Shown here: positions 21,358-30,434 of the stretch, piece by piece
How positions within the stretch are numbered: the first letter of the stretch is position 1
Layout: each line of letters starts with the position of its first letter
Source: Vulcanimicrobiota bacterium
Lineage (GTDB): Bacteria; Vulcanimicrobiota; Xenobia; Xenobiales; JADMJV01
Reading direction: 5' to 3'
Assembly (NCBI GenBank): GCA_050250895.1
Contig: JBFWNU010000001.1
Span: 2,980,891 to 3,044,890 of the forward strand
DNA length: 64,000 nucleotides
Translations under genes and position numbers: made by a program
The notes under the pieces: generated by a model
Database searches by the model: none
What the model saw: the letters and a program-made list of their open reading frames with translations, nothing else
What the model was told of the DNA's origin: nothing

Positions 21358-22618
21358 GCTAGAGGCATACCTCGCACGTCTGTCGGCCGGAGATAGCCTC
21401 GAGCCCGGCCGGTTTACCATCGACCTCGAGAGGGCCCGCCGACAGCTGCGCGAGCACCGCTCGGCCGAACCTGCCTTCTATCTGCTCAAGGTGTTCCAGG
21501 CCCTGGTAGCGGGCGGCGCCCTGCGCATCGACCTCCACCTCAACTTCGCCGGAGTGAGGATGGCGGCCGAGGTCGACGCAGGCAGCCTGCTTACCGATCA
21601 GGCCGAGTTGATGCGGGCCATCAGCGAGCCAGATCCTCACGGGGCGCTGCGCCACCTGGCCATCGGACTCGACGCCTGTGCCAGCCAGAGCGTGGGCTGG
21701 GGGGTATGGACCGACAGGTGGGGGTGGAGCCTTAGCCTGCGCGAAGACCAGCTCGAGACCCAGCAATTAACGGCCCAGCCGAGCTGGGCTAAAGAGGGAC
21801 ACTGGGTCGAATTTCGTCTGCAGCGGCGCAGCCTGGGTTCTCTGGCAGGATTGCTGAGCGAACGCAAGGCGGTCAGCGACCGCTGCCAGTATTGCCCGGT
21901 TCCGGTTCGCCTTGATGATGTCGAGCTACCATCGGGCTGGAGAGTTCCTGAGGGCGACGAGGACTTTCCTGGGTTTCACCTGGCCGAGCGCTACCTCTGC
22001 GAGCCTCGGGGACCGGTGGGCATGACGGTTCGCGAAGACCTCGCTCTGGTCACCCAGCGCGAAGCCATCCAGCCCCGCGAGGCTGCTACCACCTACCAGA
22101 TTCAGTTGGTCGGCGCCCAGCGAGGCGGGCGGTTGCGCTGCCGCATGGCGCTGGCCCTGCCTCACCCCCAGAAGGGTTCCGACCGGCTGACCGCCGTCAA
22201 GGCCGGAGTGACCACCATGCCTCACACCATCGCCGCCGAGGGTCGTGGCCTGGAGGTGGTGGTCGAGGGTGACCACCTCACCACCGACCTGTCCGAGTTC
22301 GGGCTAGTCGAGGACGAGGCCCTGGCCGAGACGGTGGCCGAGGCGGCCCGCCAGGCAGTGGCTATGATCGACGAGCTACAAGACGCTCTCGGTCAGCTGC
22401 CCCGGCATTACCACAGCGACGCGCCTGTCTTTATCACCCTCAACCTGAGCCTGGGCGTGCTTTTTCCTCTGCTCATCCCGGTGGGCCTTGGTGAGTGGAT
22501 CTATTCTCGCCGCCGCCAGGCCCGAATCGAGCGCGAGACGCCAGACTACCGGCTCCGGGTCGGCTCCGAACTCGAGCGCACGCGCGAGCACCTGAAGAAA
22601 CTGGTTGCGCCTGGGTAG
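21350..22618 (+). CDS. hypothetical protein, GxFT(L/I)D family (GHKL-like N-terminus), with C-terminal TM
   Basis: GRFTIDLERARRQL...YLLKVFQA, HLAIGL and LTTDLSEF are shared with two nearby paralogs. Confidence 0.7.
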   Translation: MSELEAYLARLSAGDSLEPGRFTIDLERARRQLREHRSAEPAFYLLKVFQALVAGGALRIDLHLNFAGVRMAAEVDAGSLLTDQAELMRAISEPDPHGALRHLAIGLDACASQSVGWGVWTDRWGWSLSLREDQLETQQLTAQPSWAKEGHWVEFRLQRRSLGSLAGLLSERKAVSDRCQYCPVPVRLDDVELPSGWRVPEGDEDFPGFHLAERYLCEPRGPVGMTVREDLALVTQREAIQPREAATTYQIQLVGAQRGGRLRCRMALALPHPQKGSDRLTAVKAGVTTMPHTIAAEGRGLEVVVEGDHLTTDLSEFGLVEDEALAETVAEAARQAVAMIDELQDALGQLPRHYHSDAPVFITLNLSLGVLFPLLIPVGLGEWIYSRRRQARIERETPDYRLRVGSELERTREHLKKLVAPG

Positions 22619-22642
22619 GACAAGAAAGAAGCCCAAGCAAGA

Positions 22643-22677
22643 GACTCCGGTGACAGGGGTTAGCTGTCGGGAGTCCT
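22643..22677 (-). terminator. hairpin downstream of RiPP precursor
   Basis: GACTCC..GACAG/CTGTC..GGAGTC stem followed on the minus strand by a T-rich tract; lies between convergent genes. Confidence 0.5.
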
Positions 22678-22705
22678 CACTTGAGCACCGAGGAGTCTAG
22701 TGGAT

Positions 22706-23428
22706 TCAGGCTCGAAGGAAGGGCGAAATGTCGTGGTCCGAGTCGGAAGGGTAGGCCTGGGTCACCGCAATCGGCGGGGGACCAATGGGAGGCTTGAAGC
22801 CACCGTCGTGGTCGGAGTCGGACGGGTAGGCCATGGTGGCGATGGGCGGGCCGCCGGGGCGAGGGCCGTTGTCGGTATCCGAGTCGGACGGGTAGGCCAT
22901 GGTGGCGATGGGCGGGCCGCCGGGGCGGGGTCCGTTGTCGTGGTCCGAGTCGGAAGGATAGGCCTGAGTGGTGGCGATGGGCGGGCCGCCGGGGCGGGGT
23001 CCGTTGTCGTGGTCGGAGTCGGAAGGATAGGCCTGAGTGGTGGCGATGGGCGGGCCGCCGGGGCGGGGTCCGTTGTCATGGTCCGAGTCGGAAGGATAGG
23101 CCTGAGTGGTGGCGATGGGCGGGCCGCCGGGGCGCGGACCGTTGTCGTGGTCGGAGTCGGAAGGATAGGCCTGGGTCACTGCGATGGGGGGGCGACCGAC
23201 CTTGTGCTGGTCTTCCAGAAAGCGGTTGAAGAACGGCGAGGGTGCGGGGGCGGGTTGGCCGCCGGCGAAGTCGCCCCAGCGACGACCCATCAGCTGGCTC
23301 GAGGCCAGCAGTTGCAGCAAGTCGGGCAGTCCGAAGGAGGGGGCGGCCGGAGCGCTAGCCGGCTGGGAGGGGAAAGGGTTGAAGGAAGGGACGTAGTTCT
23401 GGGCGGGTTGAAATCTCTGAATTTCCAC
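22706..23428 (-). CDS. multi-core microviridin/marinostatin-type (graspetide) RiPP precursor
   Basis: Leader motif PFFNRFL (cf. PFFARFL) then seven T(Q/M)AYPSDSD cores. Probable GTG start at 23428 after a GGAGAG RBS. Confidence 0.88.
   Translation of the reverse strand: MEIQRFQPAQNYVPSFNPFPSQPASAPAAPSFGLPDLLQLLASSQLMGRRWGDFAGGQPAPAPSPFFNRFLEDQHKVGRPPIAVTQAYPSDSDHDNGPRPGGPPIATTQAYPSDSDHDNGPRPGGPPIATTQAYPSDSDHDNGPRPGGPPIATTQAYPSDSDHDNGPRPGGPPIATMAYPSDSDTDNGPRPGGPPIATMAYPSDSDHDGGFKPPIGPPPIAVTQAYPSDSDHDISPFLRA
22730..23192 (-). repeat. coding tandem repeat, 66-72 bp units x7
   Basis: Repeated GTCGTGGTC(C/G)GAGTCGGA(A/C)GG units encoding the RiPP cores. Confidence 0.9.
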
Positions 23429-23555
23429 GGTTGTGCTCTCTCCTGCGGCTGGTTTTGTTGGGATCATCTTAGCGGGTGAGCTTCCACCGTTCTTCCAAAC
23501 GGGGACCCACATGTTACAAGAATGTGAAACTGTGGATCGCGCCGAACTCGATGGC

Positions 23556-24152
23556 ATGCGCTCGGGACTTATTCAACTGGTGATGGTTGGCCTCGCGGCG
23601 GCCGGATTGGGCTGGTGGTTTTCCCCTCCCCCCGCGAGCGATATCCAGATCGTCCAGCAGGGACGCCGTCAGACCGTTAGCCCCGGCGGGGTGATCCATC
23701 TTCGCCGGGGCCCGTTCAAATTGGTCTTTCCCTTGCGTGCCTATCATGACGGCGAGGCCAGTATTCGGGTCGCCGGCGCGGCCTCACCACCCCCCGATAT
23801 CGGTAGCGGAGGGCCCTTCACCGAGGACGAAACCTTCGGGGAAGCCCGTGGTCTAGCGGCAGCCGGTGAGTATGATCCGTTCTATCTAAGTTGGCAATGT
23901 CACCACTACGTCATCTATGCCCCACGAGAGCCCGACACCAGCCGCGCTACTCTCGAGCAGGACCTGGGTAAGGGGCTGTATCAGGTCAGCTGGACCATCA
24001 AGCACTTTGCCAGGTGGGAGATGGACAGCGACGATCAGCAACTGCTCGAGACCGTGCCCAATCTGTATGTGCGAATGCTCGACGACCGTGACACGGACGG
24101 AGTGATAGACCCTGGAGAAGTGGTGGATTTCGAGGTGCGCTGGGATGATTAG
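23556..24152 (+). CDS. membrane-anchored hypothetical protein
   Basis: N-terminal TM segment; DRDTDGVIDPGE (EF-hand-like) near the C-terminus. Confidence 0.65.
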   Translation: MRSGLIQLVMVGLAAAGLGWWFSPPPASDIQIVQQGRRQTVSPGGVIHLRRGPFKLVFPLRAYHDGEASIRVAGAASPPPDIGSGGPFTEDETFGEARGLAAAGEYDPFYLSWQCHHYVIYAPREPDTSRATLEQDLGKGLYQVSWTIKHFARWEMDSDDQQLLETVPNLYVRMLDDRDTDGVIDPGEVVDFEVRWDD

Positions 24153-24705
24153 ATGGCTATTGTTGTTGCTGTTGTTGGTTCAGCCGGCGCTGGCCGACGT
24201 GCGTTTCAAGGCCAAAGGGGCGAGCTTTACGCTGGTGGCCGGCAAAGAGGCCAGCAAGTTCAAGCTCGTCGACGGCAAAGGCAAGACGGTGGCTACCTAC
24301 AAGCTCAAGAAAGACCTGGTGCTGGTCTCGGACGGACAGCACCAAGAGGTCTACAAGCTCAAGCGCAAGCCCGACGGTTTCGATGTGCGCGGACCCGACA
24401 GTAAAGCCAAGCGTCTCTATCTGTTTCGGCGCAAAGACAAGACCGACTGGAACATCGCTGATGGGCGCGAAGTGCGAGTGATGACCGTGAGATTGCGCAA
24501 AGGCGCCTACGAACTCGATGACAAGACGGTGAGCAAAGTTCGCCTGGTGGGCGACAAGCTGGCCTTCTTCGACAAAGCCGGCAAAAGCGCTGGCGAGTTG
24601 AGCGGCACCAAGGACCTCGAGGCCGGCACCTGGATGGGGGTCGGGCAGTTCGACCCCGCTTTGCGCGGCGCGCTGTTCCTCTATCTCTCCAAGGTTGACA
24701 ACTAG
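24145..24705 (+). CDS. secreted Lys-rich hypothetical protein
   Basis: Signal peptide ending ALA-D; overlaps the upstream gene. Confidence 0.75.
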   Translation: MIRWLLLLLLLVQPALADVRFKAKGASFTLVAGKEASKFKLVDGKGKTVATYKLKKDLVLVSDGQHQEVYKLKRKPDGFDVRGPDSKAKRLYLFRRKDKTDWNIADGREVRVMTVRLRKGAYELDDKTVSKVRLVGDKLAFFDKAGKSAGELSGTKDLEAGTWMGVGQFDPALRGALFLYLSKVDN

Positions 24706-25856
24706 AACCTGCGGAGGGGCAGGCGCTCGAGGTGGCGGTGAGGACCGCTATCGGTGACGTAGAATGCCCGCCAGCGCACTGTCTCGAAATCGCTGACCAT
24801 TTCCAGGACTTGCTCCTTGAGCCACTCCATCCGCTCCTGAAAGGCCCTGTTCCTGACCAGGCCATAGCCTGAGGCGTCGGTGGTCAGGCCGTCGCTGGCG
24901 CAGACCCCGGTGACGCCCGGGCATCCCAGATCGAGACGAGCCACCTCGATCAGCAGGCCCCGTTTGACGAAGGCGATGGTGGCCTCGCCCAACAGGTCGT
25001 AGCGAATGGCCAGCATGGCTCGACAGAACTGGCCTTCTCCAGTCTTGCGCAGGAGCACGGTGTTGGCCCCATCGCGCAAGGTCAGATGGATTTCCGTGCG
25101 CTTTGGACAAAAGTCGGTCTCGGTCACCAGGTGCATGGGCCGGCGCGCCCTGGGGTCGGGCGCCTGAATGGCGGCGGTTGCGTCCAGGTCGGAGCTATAG
25201 ATGAAGCGCTCGACCAGATGGAAGTCGGCGCTAGGGTAGCTGGAGGCTGGACCGCGAGGGGCCCCCAGTGTCGGGACCTCGAGTCGCTTGCCATCCAGCC
25301 AGATGGGAATGGCTACATAGGCGAATCCCGTGGTGAGCATCCGATGTTCAGCGGCCCGCTCCCCAGCCCCGAAAAGCCGCTGCCACAACGCGGCCGGGCG
25401 CTGGCGCACCAGTCGAATGTAGAAGGCTTCACTCTTGTTCACCTGGCTCAGGGTGTTGGTCTGGCCCAACCGCAGTAGTTGGTTATGACCCAGGATCTCG
25501 ATGCCCTCGATCTGGGCGGCGAAGGCTGACGCCAGGCCGGTGGCCAGATCGCGCCAGCATCCCGAGGCGGCCAGAGGATTGGCCAGGGCGGGCTGGAGAG
25601 TGGCCAGAAAGTCGGGCGCGATGGGATGGGCTTCTACTAGCAGGTCGTGGCGGCCCAGTCGAACGTTGATGGCGGCCGTATGGAGCCCGACCAACCCCTG
25701 CAGGATCTTCTGCAGGTAATAGCCGGGTCGTTCGAGCTGGTAGTTGGCCAGTTTCTCGCGTGCTCGGATAAAGTCGAGAGTGAACGCGCCGGAGGAGTCG
25801 AGCTGTCCTTCCTCGCGCTTTGCTTTGAGCAAAGCCTCGAACTCGCGCCGACTCAT
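24702..25856 (-). CDS. hypothetical protein, GxFT(L/I)D family paralog
   Basis: SSGAFTLDFIRAREKLANYQL..YYLQKILQG, DLATGL and LTTDASGY. Confidence 0.75.
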   Translation of the reverse strand: MSRREFEALLKAKREEGQLDSSGAFTLDFIRAREKLANYQLERPGYYLQKILQGLVGLHTAAINVRLGRHDLLVEAHPIAPDFLATLQPALANPLAASGCWRDLATGLASAFAAQIEGIEILGHNQLLRLGQTNTLSQVNKSEAFYIRLVRQRPAALWQRLFGAGERAAEHRMLTTGFAYVAIPIWLDGKRLEVPTLGAPRGPASSYPSADFHLVERFIYSSDLDATAAIQAPDPRARRPMHLVTETDFCPKRTEIHLTLRDGANTVLLRKTGEGQFCRAMLAIRYDLLGEATIAFVKRGLLIEVARLDLGCPGVTGVCASDGLTTDASGYGLVRNRAFQERMEWLKEQVLEMVSDFETVRWRAFYVTDSGPHRHLERLPLRRF

Positions 25857-25923
25857 GGGCTGCCTTTTCGCGTCAGGGCATTCCGGGCCCTTCGCAGGGG
25901 CGGTTGGCCGCGGCGCGAAGGCG

Positions 25924-27591
25924 ATGGTCTTGGCGGACTCACTAGCTCAATTCCTGGACCAGGCGCGCGCCTCTGGCAAGCTCGAGTCGACCGGCAGGTT
26001 CAGCCTCAACGTTGACCGGGCCAACCACCTGTTGCGGGACCTCCAACTGGCCGACCGCAGCTACTATCTGCTCAAGCTGGCTCAAGCGGGCGTGGTGGGC
26101 GAGGCCAGCTGGATTTCCTATCGTTTGAGCTACGATCGAGTGGAGATTTTTCTGCGCGGCGGAGACCTCGAGCTGTTTGATACCTCCGAGGTGCTGGCGG
26201 CCCTGACCCAACAGGAGGTCCTGCTGGGCGATTCGGCCCTGTCTCATCTGGCCGTTGGACTCAACGCCGCTCTGGCCACTCGACCCAACGCCGTGGAGTG
26301 GACCGTCTGGAACGCCTGGCGCCAGGAACGACTGCGCCTGGATGGGCAGGGAACGTCGCTCGAACGACTGCGCGAGGCGCCCTGGCAGGGAGGGCAGTCG
26401 GGCTACAGCCTGGTTCTGCATCGAAACCCACCGCCGCCTCCGCCTCCGCCCGAGGAGCCGACCTTTTGGGAGCGTCTCAAAGGCTGGGTCGAAGGCAAGG
26501 CGGTGCAAGCCGCCTCGGTCAGCGAAGAGCATCGGACCCTCTCGACCCGGCTGGCGTACTGCCCGATTCGGGTCGAGGTCGACGGGCGGGTGGTCAACGC
26601 CCCCGATCTGGGGGGCAACCGGACCAATCCCAGGAACCTTCATGAGTATGAAGTCTTTCTCCATTGTGGCGGACCCAATGTCCTGGCCTTTGCGCCCACG
26701 ACAGGCCGGGCCGAGGCGACCCGCTCCAGCGACCGCTTCGAGCGGGTCGGGACCACCTGGCGCAAATCGCTAGACAACGAGTGGCTGCGCGGTTGCCTGA
26801 TGGCGGCCGTTCCTTCTCGGGGCGGCGGCCTGGCCCAGGTCACCTTCGTTCACTTCGGGGTTAGCCTTGACCCGGTGACCGTCGACCTGCGTGCTCCGGG
26901 GGCGTTGGTGGTCTCGTCCACGGCCGGTCTTTCCACCGATCTTAGCCAGCGCTCGATCGCTCAGAATCAAGCCTTCGACCAGTGGACGGACGAGGTCGGC
27001 GAGTGGCTGTGGGGCACGCCTTCGACCGCCTTCCTGGTGCATCACACCGAGCCGGCGCCGCCCTACGCCAGCCTGGGTGACTTGCCGAAGGGCGACGAAT
27101 GGAGCCTGACCTTCGATAGCGACGGAGCGCCCAAGACCCTGCTCCATCCCAGCGGAACCTCGCTTTCCTTTTCGCCGGCTCGATTGCAGGTGCCGCCGGG
27201 CCGCTGGCCTTTGGCGCCTCCCCAGAGCCTCACTCCCCGTCGTTGGCGCGAGTGGCTGGCCGGTGCCCTGCGCTGCCTGGCCGATGGGGGCCGGGTGCGC
27301 ATTACTCATCACTTTCTCAAGGGGCCTTACGTCGAGGAGGGCGACGGAGTCCTGGCTCGGTTCGAGAACGATCATCTGGTCTATCTGGCGGTCCATCGCG
27401 ACGGCCGGCCGGCGGGCTGGATCCTCGAGCTTCGCGAACCCCACCAGGGACAGGTCAGCCACGTAACCTCCACGTGGGATGAACGTTATTCCAATGGCGA
27501 AGTCATCCAGGGCGAGACCCACCTGCCGAAGATCTGGTCCGAGTGGGTCGAGGCCTGGATCGAGGCAGTCTACCGCGACACCCAGCTTTAG
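25924..27591 (+). CDS. hypothetical protein, GxFT(L/I)D family paralog with C-terminal extension
   Basis: STGRFSLNVDRA..LQL..YYLLKLAQA, HLAVGL and LSTDLSQR. Confidence 0.75.
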   Translation: MVLADSLAQFLDQARASGKLESTGRFSLNVDRANHLLRDLQLADRSYYLLKLAQAGVVGEASWISYRLSYDRVEIFLRGGDLELFDTSEVLAALTQQEVLLGDSALSHLAVGLNAALATRPNAVEWTVWNAWRQERLRLDGQGTSLERLREAPWQGGQSGYSLVLHRNPPPPPPPPEEPTFWERLKGWVEGKAVQAASVSEEHRTLSTRLAYCPIRVEVDGRVVNAPDLGGNRTNPRNLHEYEVFLHCGGPNVLAFAPTTGRAEATRSSDRFERVGTTWRKSLDNEWLRGCLMAAVPSRGGGLAQVTFVHFGVSLDPVTVDLRAPGALVVSSTAGLSTDLSQRSIAQNQAFDQWTDEVGEWLWGTPSTAFLVHHTEPAPPYASLGDLPKGDEWSLTFDSDGAPKTLLHPSGTSLSFSPARLQVPPGRWPLAPPQSLTPRRWREWLAGALRCLADGGRVRITHHFLKGPYVEEGDGVLARFENDHLVYLAVHRDGRPAGWILELREPHQGQVSHVTSTWDERYSNGEVIQGETHLPKIWSEWVEAWIEAVYRDTQL

Positions 27592-27622
27592 GTCGTCCTT
27601 GCCGGTAGTCAAAGGGGGTTAC

Positions 27623-28978
27623 TTGAGCGATGGCGAAATCGTCAGAGTGAACGAGTCTGACCCGCTCCCAGCGGAGAACGCTGAAGAACTCCCTCCCGAC
27701 CCTCCTGAACCTCCCCGGGCGCCGCCCTTCTTCGGGCCGCTGCGCGCTTTGCTAGCCTTTCTCGTCTATCAGTTCAGCTTCATTATGGGCGGCTTCGCGG
27801 TGGGTTTCGCCTATGGCATCAAGCTGGCCATCGACGGGGCCACGTCCTTCGAAAACACCCCCGAGTTGACGACCGTGCTCCACCCCTGGGTGCTGCTGGT
27901 GGGGGGACCTCTGGGAACCGTGATGTTGGGGCTCTATCTCTATCTGAGCTTACAGGGCGACCTGGCGCGCCTGGGCATGGTGGTGGCCGAACGGGCTCAC
28001 CTGATCAAGGCCGGGTTGATGGGAGCAGTGTTGGGCGGGGGGTTTTCGTGGTGGTCGCACCACACGGCTCCCAAGCCCGATTTCGAGCCGGGACCGCTGG
28101 TTCAGATGGCCACCTCCTCATCGATGGGTCAAACCGCCTGGCTGGTGATGGCCCTGCTGGTCGCCCCCATTGCCGAAGAGCTTCTCTTTCGCGGAGCCAT
28201 CTTCGAGGGGTTGAAGGCGCGACTGACGGCTTATCCTTCGGCCATCATCGTGACGATTCTGTTCTCGTTGCTGCACCTGGGCGAGACGGGCGGGCACTGG
28301 CCAGCCGTGCTGAGTGTGACGCTGCTGGGGGTGGTGCTGATGGCCCTGCGTTTACACACCGGCTCACTCTGGCCGTCGATGGTTTGCCACTTCTGCTACA
28401 ACCTGGCCCTGGCCCTCACTTTCTTGCTATTGACAGGGCCTCTGGCCGGTCCTCGGGTGAAAGCCATGCGGGCCGTCCAGGCGGGTGAGAAAGAGCAGGC
28501 TCTGGTCTATCTCGAGAAGGCTATCGCGGCCGAACCCCAGGACGGCAATCTCTACGCCCTGCGCGGACAGCTCAAAGCCAAGCTGAATCGATTGGATGGG
28601 GCCATGGAGGATTTCGACCGGGCCCTCGAACTGGGCGTGCCCAAGCCCAGAATCCTCAACGAGAAGGCCTATTTCCTGGCCACCGCCGGCCGCTACGAAG
28701 AAGCCCTCGAGCCGGCTCGCGAAGCGGCCAGACTATCCCCCGAGTCAGCCAACGTGCAGGACACGCTGGCCTACACCCTGGCCGGGATGAAGCGTTACGA
28801 CGAAGCCCTCGAGGTCTATGAACTGGCCCTCGAGCTCGATCCGGACCACGCTTATGCGCACTACGGCCGGGGGCTGGTATATCGCGAGCTAGGGCGGACT
28901 GATGAGGCCGAGGTCGAGGTTGAGGTGGGCCTGGAGCTCGACCCCTCTTTGCAAGAAGAGTGGGTTGACTGGAAGTAG
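27623..28978 (+). CDS. CPBP (Abi/CAAX) intramembrane metalloprotease fused to TPR repeats
   Basis: [16 protein letters not shown] and HFCYN motifs; C-terminal TPRs; start codon uncertain. Confidence 0.85.
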   Translation: MSDGEIVRVNESDPLPAENAEELPPDPPEPPRAPPFFGPLRALLAFLVYQFSFIMGGFAVGFAYGIKLAIDGATSFENTPELTTVLHPWVLLVGGPLGTVMLGLYLYLSLQGDLARLGMVVAERAHLIKAGLMGAVLGGGFSWWSHHTAPKPDFEPGPLVQMATSSSMGQTAWLVMALLVAPIAEELLFRGAIFEGLKARLTAYPSAIIVTILFSLLHLGETGGHWPAVLSVTLLGVVLMALRLHTGSLWPSMVCHFCYNLALALTFLLLTGPLAGPRVKAMRAVQAGEKEQALVYLEKAIAAEPQDGNLYALRGQLKAKLNRLDGAMEDFDRALELGVPKPRILNEKAYFLATAGRYEEALEPAREAARLSPESANVQDTLAYTLAGMKRYDEALEVYELALELDPDHAYAHYGRGLVYRELGRTDEAEVEVEVGLELDPSLQEEWVDWK

Positions 28979-29021
28979 CGGCCGGCCAGGACCCGGGAGG
29001 GCTGGTCGGGAAGCGGCCAGG

Positions 29022-30257
29022 GTGAGCCCAGTAGAACAGCAGATTGAAGAGGTCTATCGGCAAGAGTCGCGCCGGGTGTTCGCCACCCTGGTGCGAGTGC
29101 TGGGCGACTTCGAGTTGGCGGAAGAGGCGCTGGGCGACGCCTTCGCGGCGGCTGTCAAGCAGTGGCCTCAAGAGGGAGTGCCGGGCAATCCTCGCAGCTG
29201 GCTGATTTCGGCCGGGCGTTTTCGGGCTATTGATGCCATGCGGCGCAACTCGAGGTTTGCCGAGCGCCTCGAGGTGCTGGCCCTGCAGCAGGACGAGGTG
29301 GCCCAGGCCAACGCCGAGCGCGAGCAGCTCGATGTAGAAGATGACCGGCTGCGGTTGATCTTCACTTGCTGTCACCCGGCTCTGGCTCCCGACATCCAGC
29401 TGGCCCTGACCTTGCGCGAGGTGTGTGGCTTGACCACCGACGAAGTAGCCAGCGCCTTTCTGGTCAATCCCACCACGATGGCCCAACGTCTGGTGCGCGG
29501 CAAAGCCAAGATTCGGGCCGCCGGCATTCCCTATGAAGTACCCCAGGCAGAGCAGCTGCCCGAACGGCTCGAGGCCGTCCTGGCGGTGATCTATCTGGTC
29601 TTTAACGAAGGTTACTCGCCCACCGCCGGAGAGGCTCCGACCCGGGCCGACCTCTCGGGTGAAGCCATCCGATTGGGTCGTTTGCTGCTCGAACTGCTGC
29701 CCGAGCCCGAGGTGAAAGGGCTGCTGGCCTTGATGCTCCTGCACGAATCGCGGCGCCGGGCCCGCACCTCGGATCAGGGCGAGGTGGTGCTGCTCGAGCA
29801 CCAGGACCGCTCGCTTTGGGACCGCGGCTTGATCGACGAAGGAAAGAAGCTCATCGAAGAGGCGCTGGCCTCGCGGCGCTTTGGGGTCTATACCGTGCAA
29901 GCGGCCATCTCGGCGGTGCACGCCGAGGCAGCCACTCCCGAAGCCACCGATTGGGCCCAAATCGTGGCTCTCTATGACCTCCTCGTGCGAGCCGAAGAGT
30001 CGCCGGTGGTCGAGCTCAATCGGGCTGTGGCCGTGGCCATGCGAGACGGGCCCGAGGCAGGTCTCGCCCTGGTCGACGCCATCCTCGAGCGCGGCGATTT
30101 GCAGGGATATCGGTTGGCCCACGCTGCCCGGGCTGACTTGTGCCGGCGGCTCGGTCGCAACCAGCAGGCGCGGGCTGCCTATGAGCGAGCCCTAGAGCTG
30201 ACCACGCAAGAGGCCGAGCGACGCTTTCTCGAAGGGCGTCTGCGCGAGCTAGGCTAA
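29022..30257 (+). CDS. ECF sigma factor with C-terminal TPR-like extension (ECF26-like)
   Basis: [29 protein letters not shown] and [11 protein letters not shown]. Confidence 0.9.
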   Translation: MSPVEQQIEEVYRQESRRVFATLVRVLGDFELAEEALGDAFAAAVKQWPQEGVPGNPRSWLISAGRFRAIDAMRRNSRFAERLEVLALQQDEVAQANAEREQLDVEDDRLRLIFTCCHPALAPDIQLALTLREVCGLTTDEVASAFLVNPTTMAQRLVRGKAKIRAAGIPYEVPQAEQLPERLEAVLAVIYLVFNEGYSPTAGEAPTRADLSGEAIRLGRLLLELLPEPEVKGLLALMLLHESRRRARTSDQGEVVLLEHQDRSLWDRGLIDEGKKLIEEALASRRFGVYTVQAAISAVHAEAATPEATDWAQIVALYDLLVRAEESPVVELNRAVAVAMRDGPEAGLALVDAILERGDLQGYRLAHAARADLCRRLGRNQQARAAYERALELTTQEAERRFLEGRLRELG

Positions 30258-30261
30258 GGGA

Positions 30262-30292
30262 AAGCGCCCGGAGGTGACGTCTCCGGGCGCTT
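30262..30292. terminator. stem-loop after ECF gene
   Basis: AAGCGCCCGGAG-N7-CTCCGGGCGCTT perfect 12-bp stem. Confidence 0.7.
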
Positions 30293-30434
30293 AGGGATTG
30301 GGTTGTTCTAAAAGAATGTCATAACCATGCCGTTTTGGGGAGCCTTCGCACGGGTGCGGAGGGGGCATACCATGGTGGACTCCACCAACCGATGACCAGC
30401 AGGGTCGGGGCGGTCCGAGCACAAAAATGGGGGC

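Noticed and set aside
22730-23192. CRISPR-like periodic repeat
   Set aside because: Units are multiples of three with synonymous variation and no unique spacers; it is the coding RiPP core repeat.
22700-23479. Plus-strand Gly/Val-rich repeat ORF (259 aa)
   Set aside because: Antisense shadow of the precursor, which carries the recognisable leader and core motifs.
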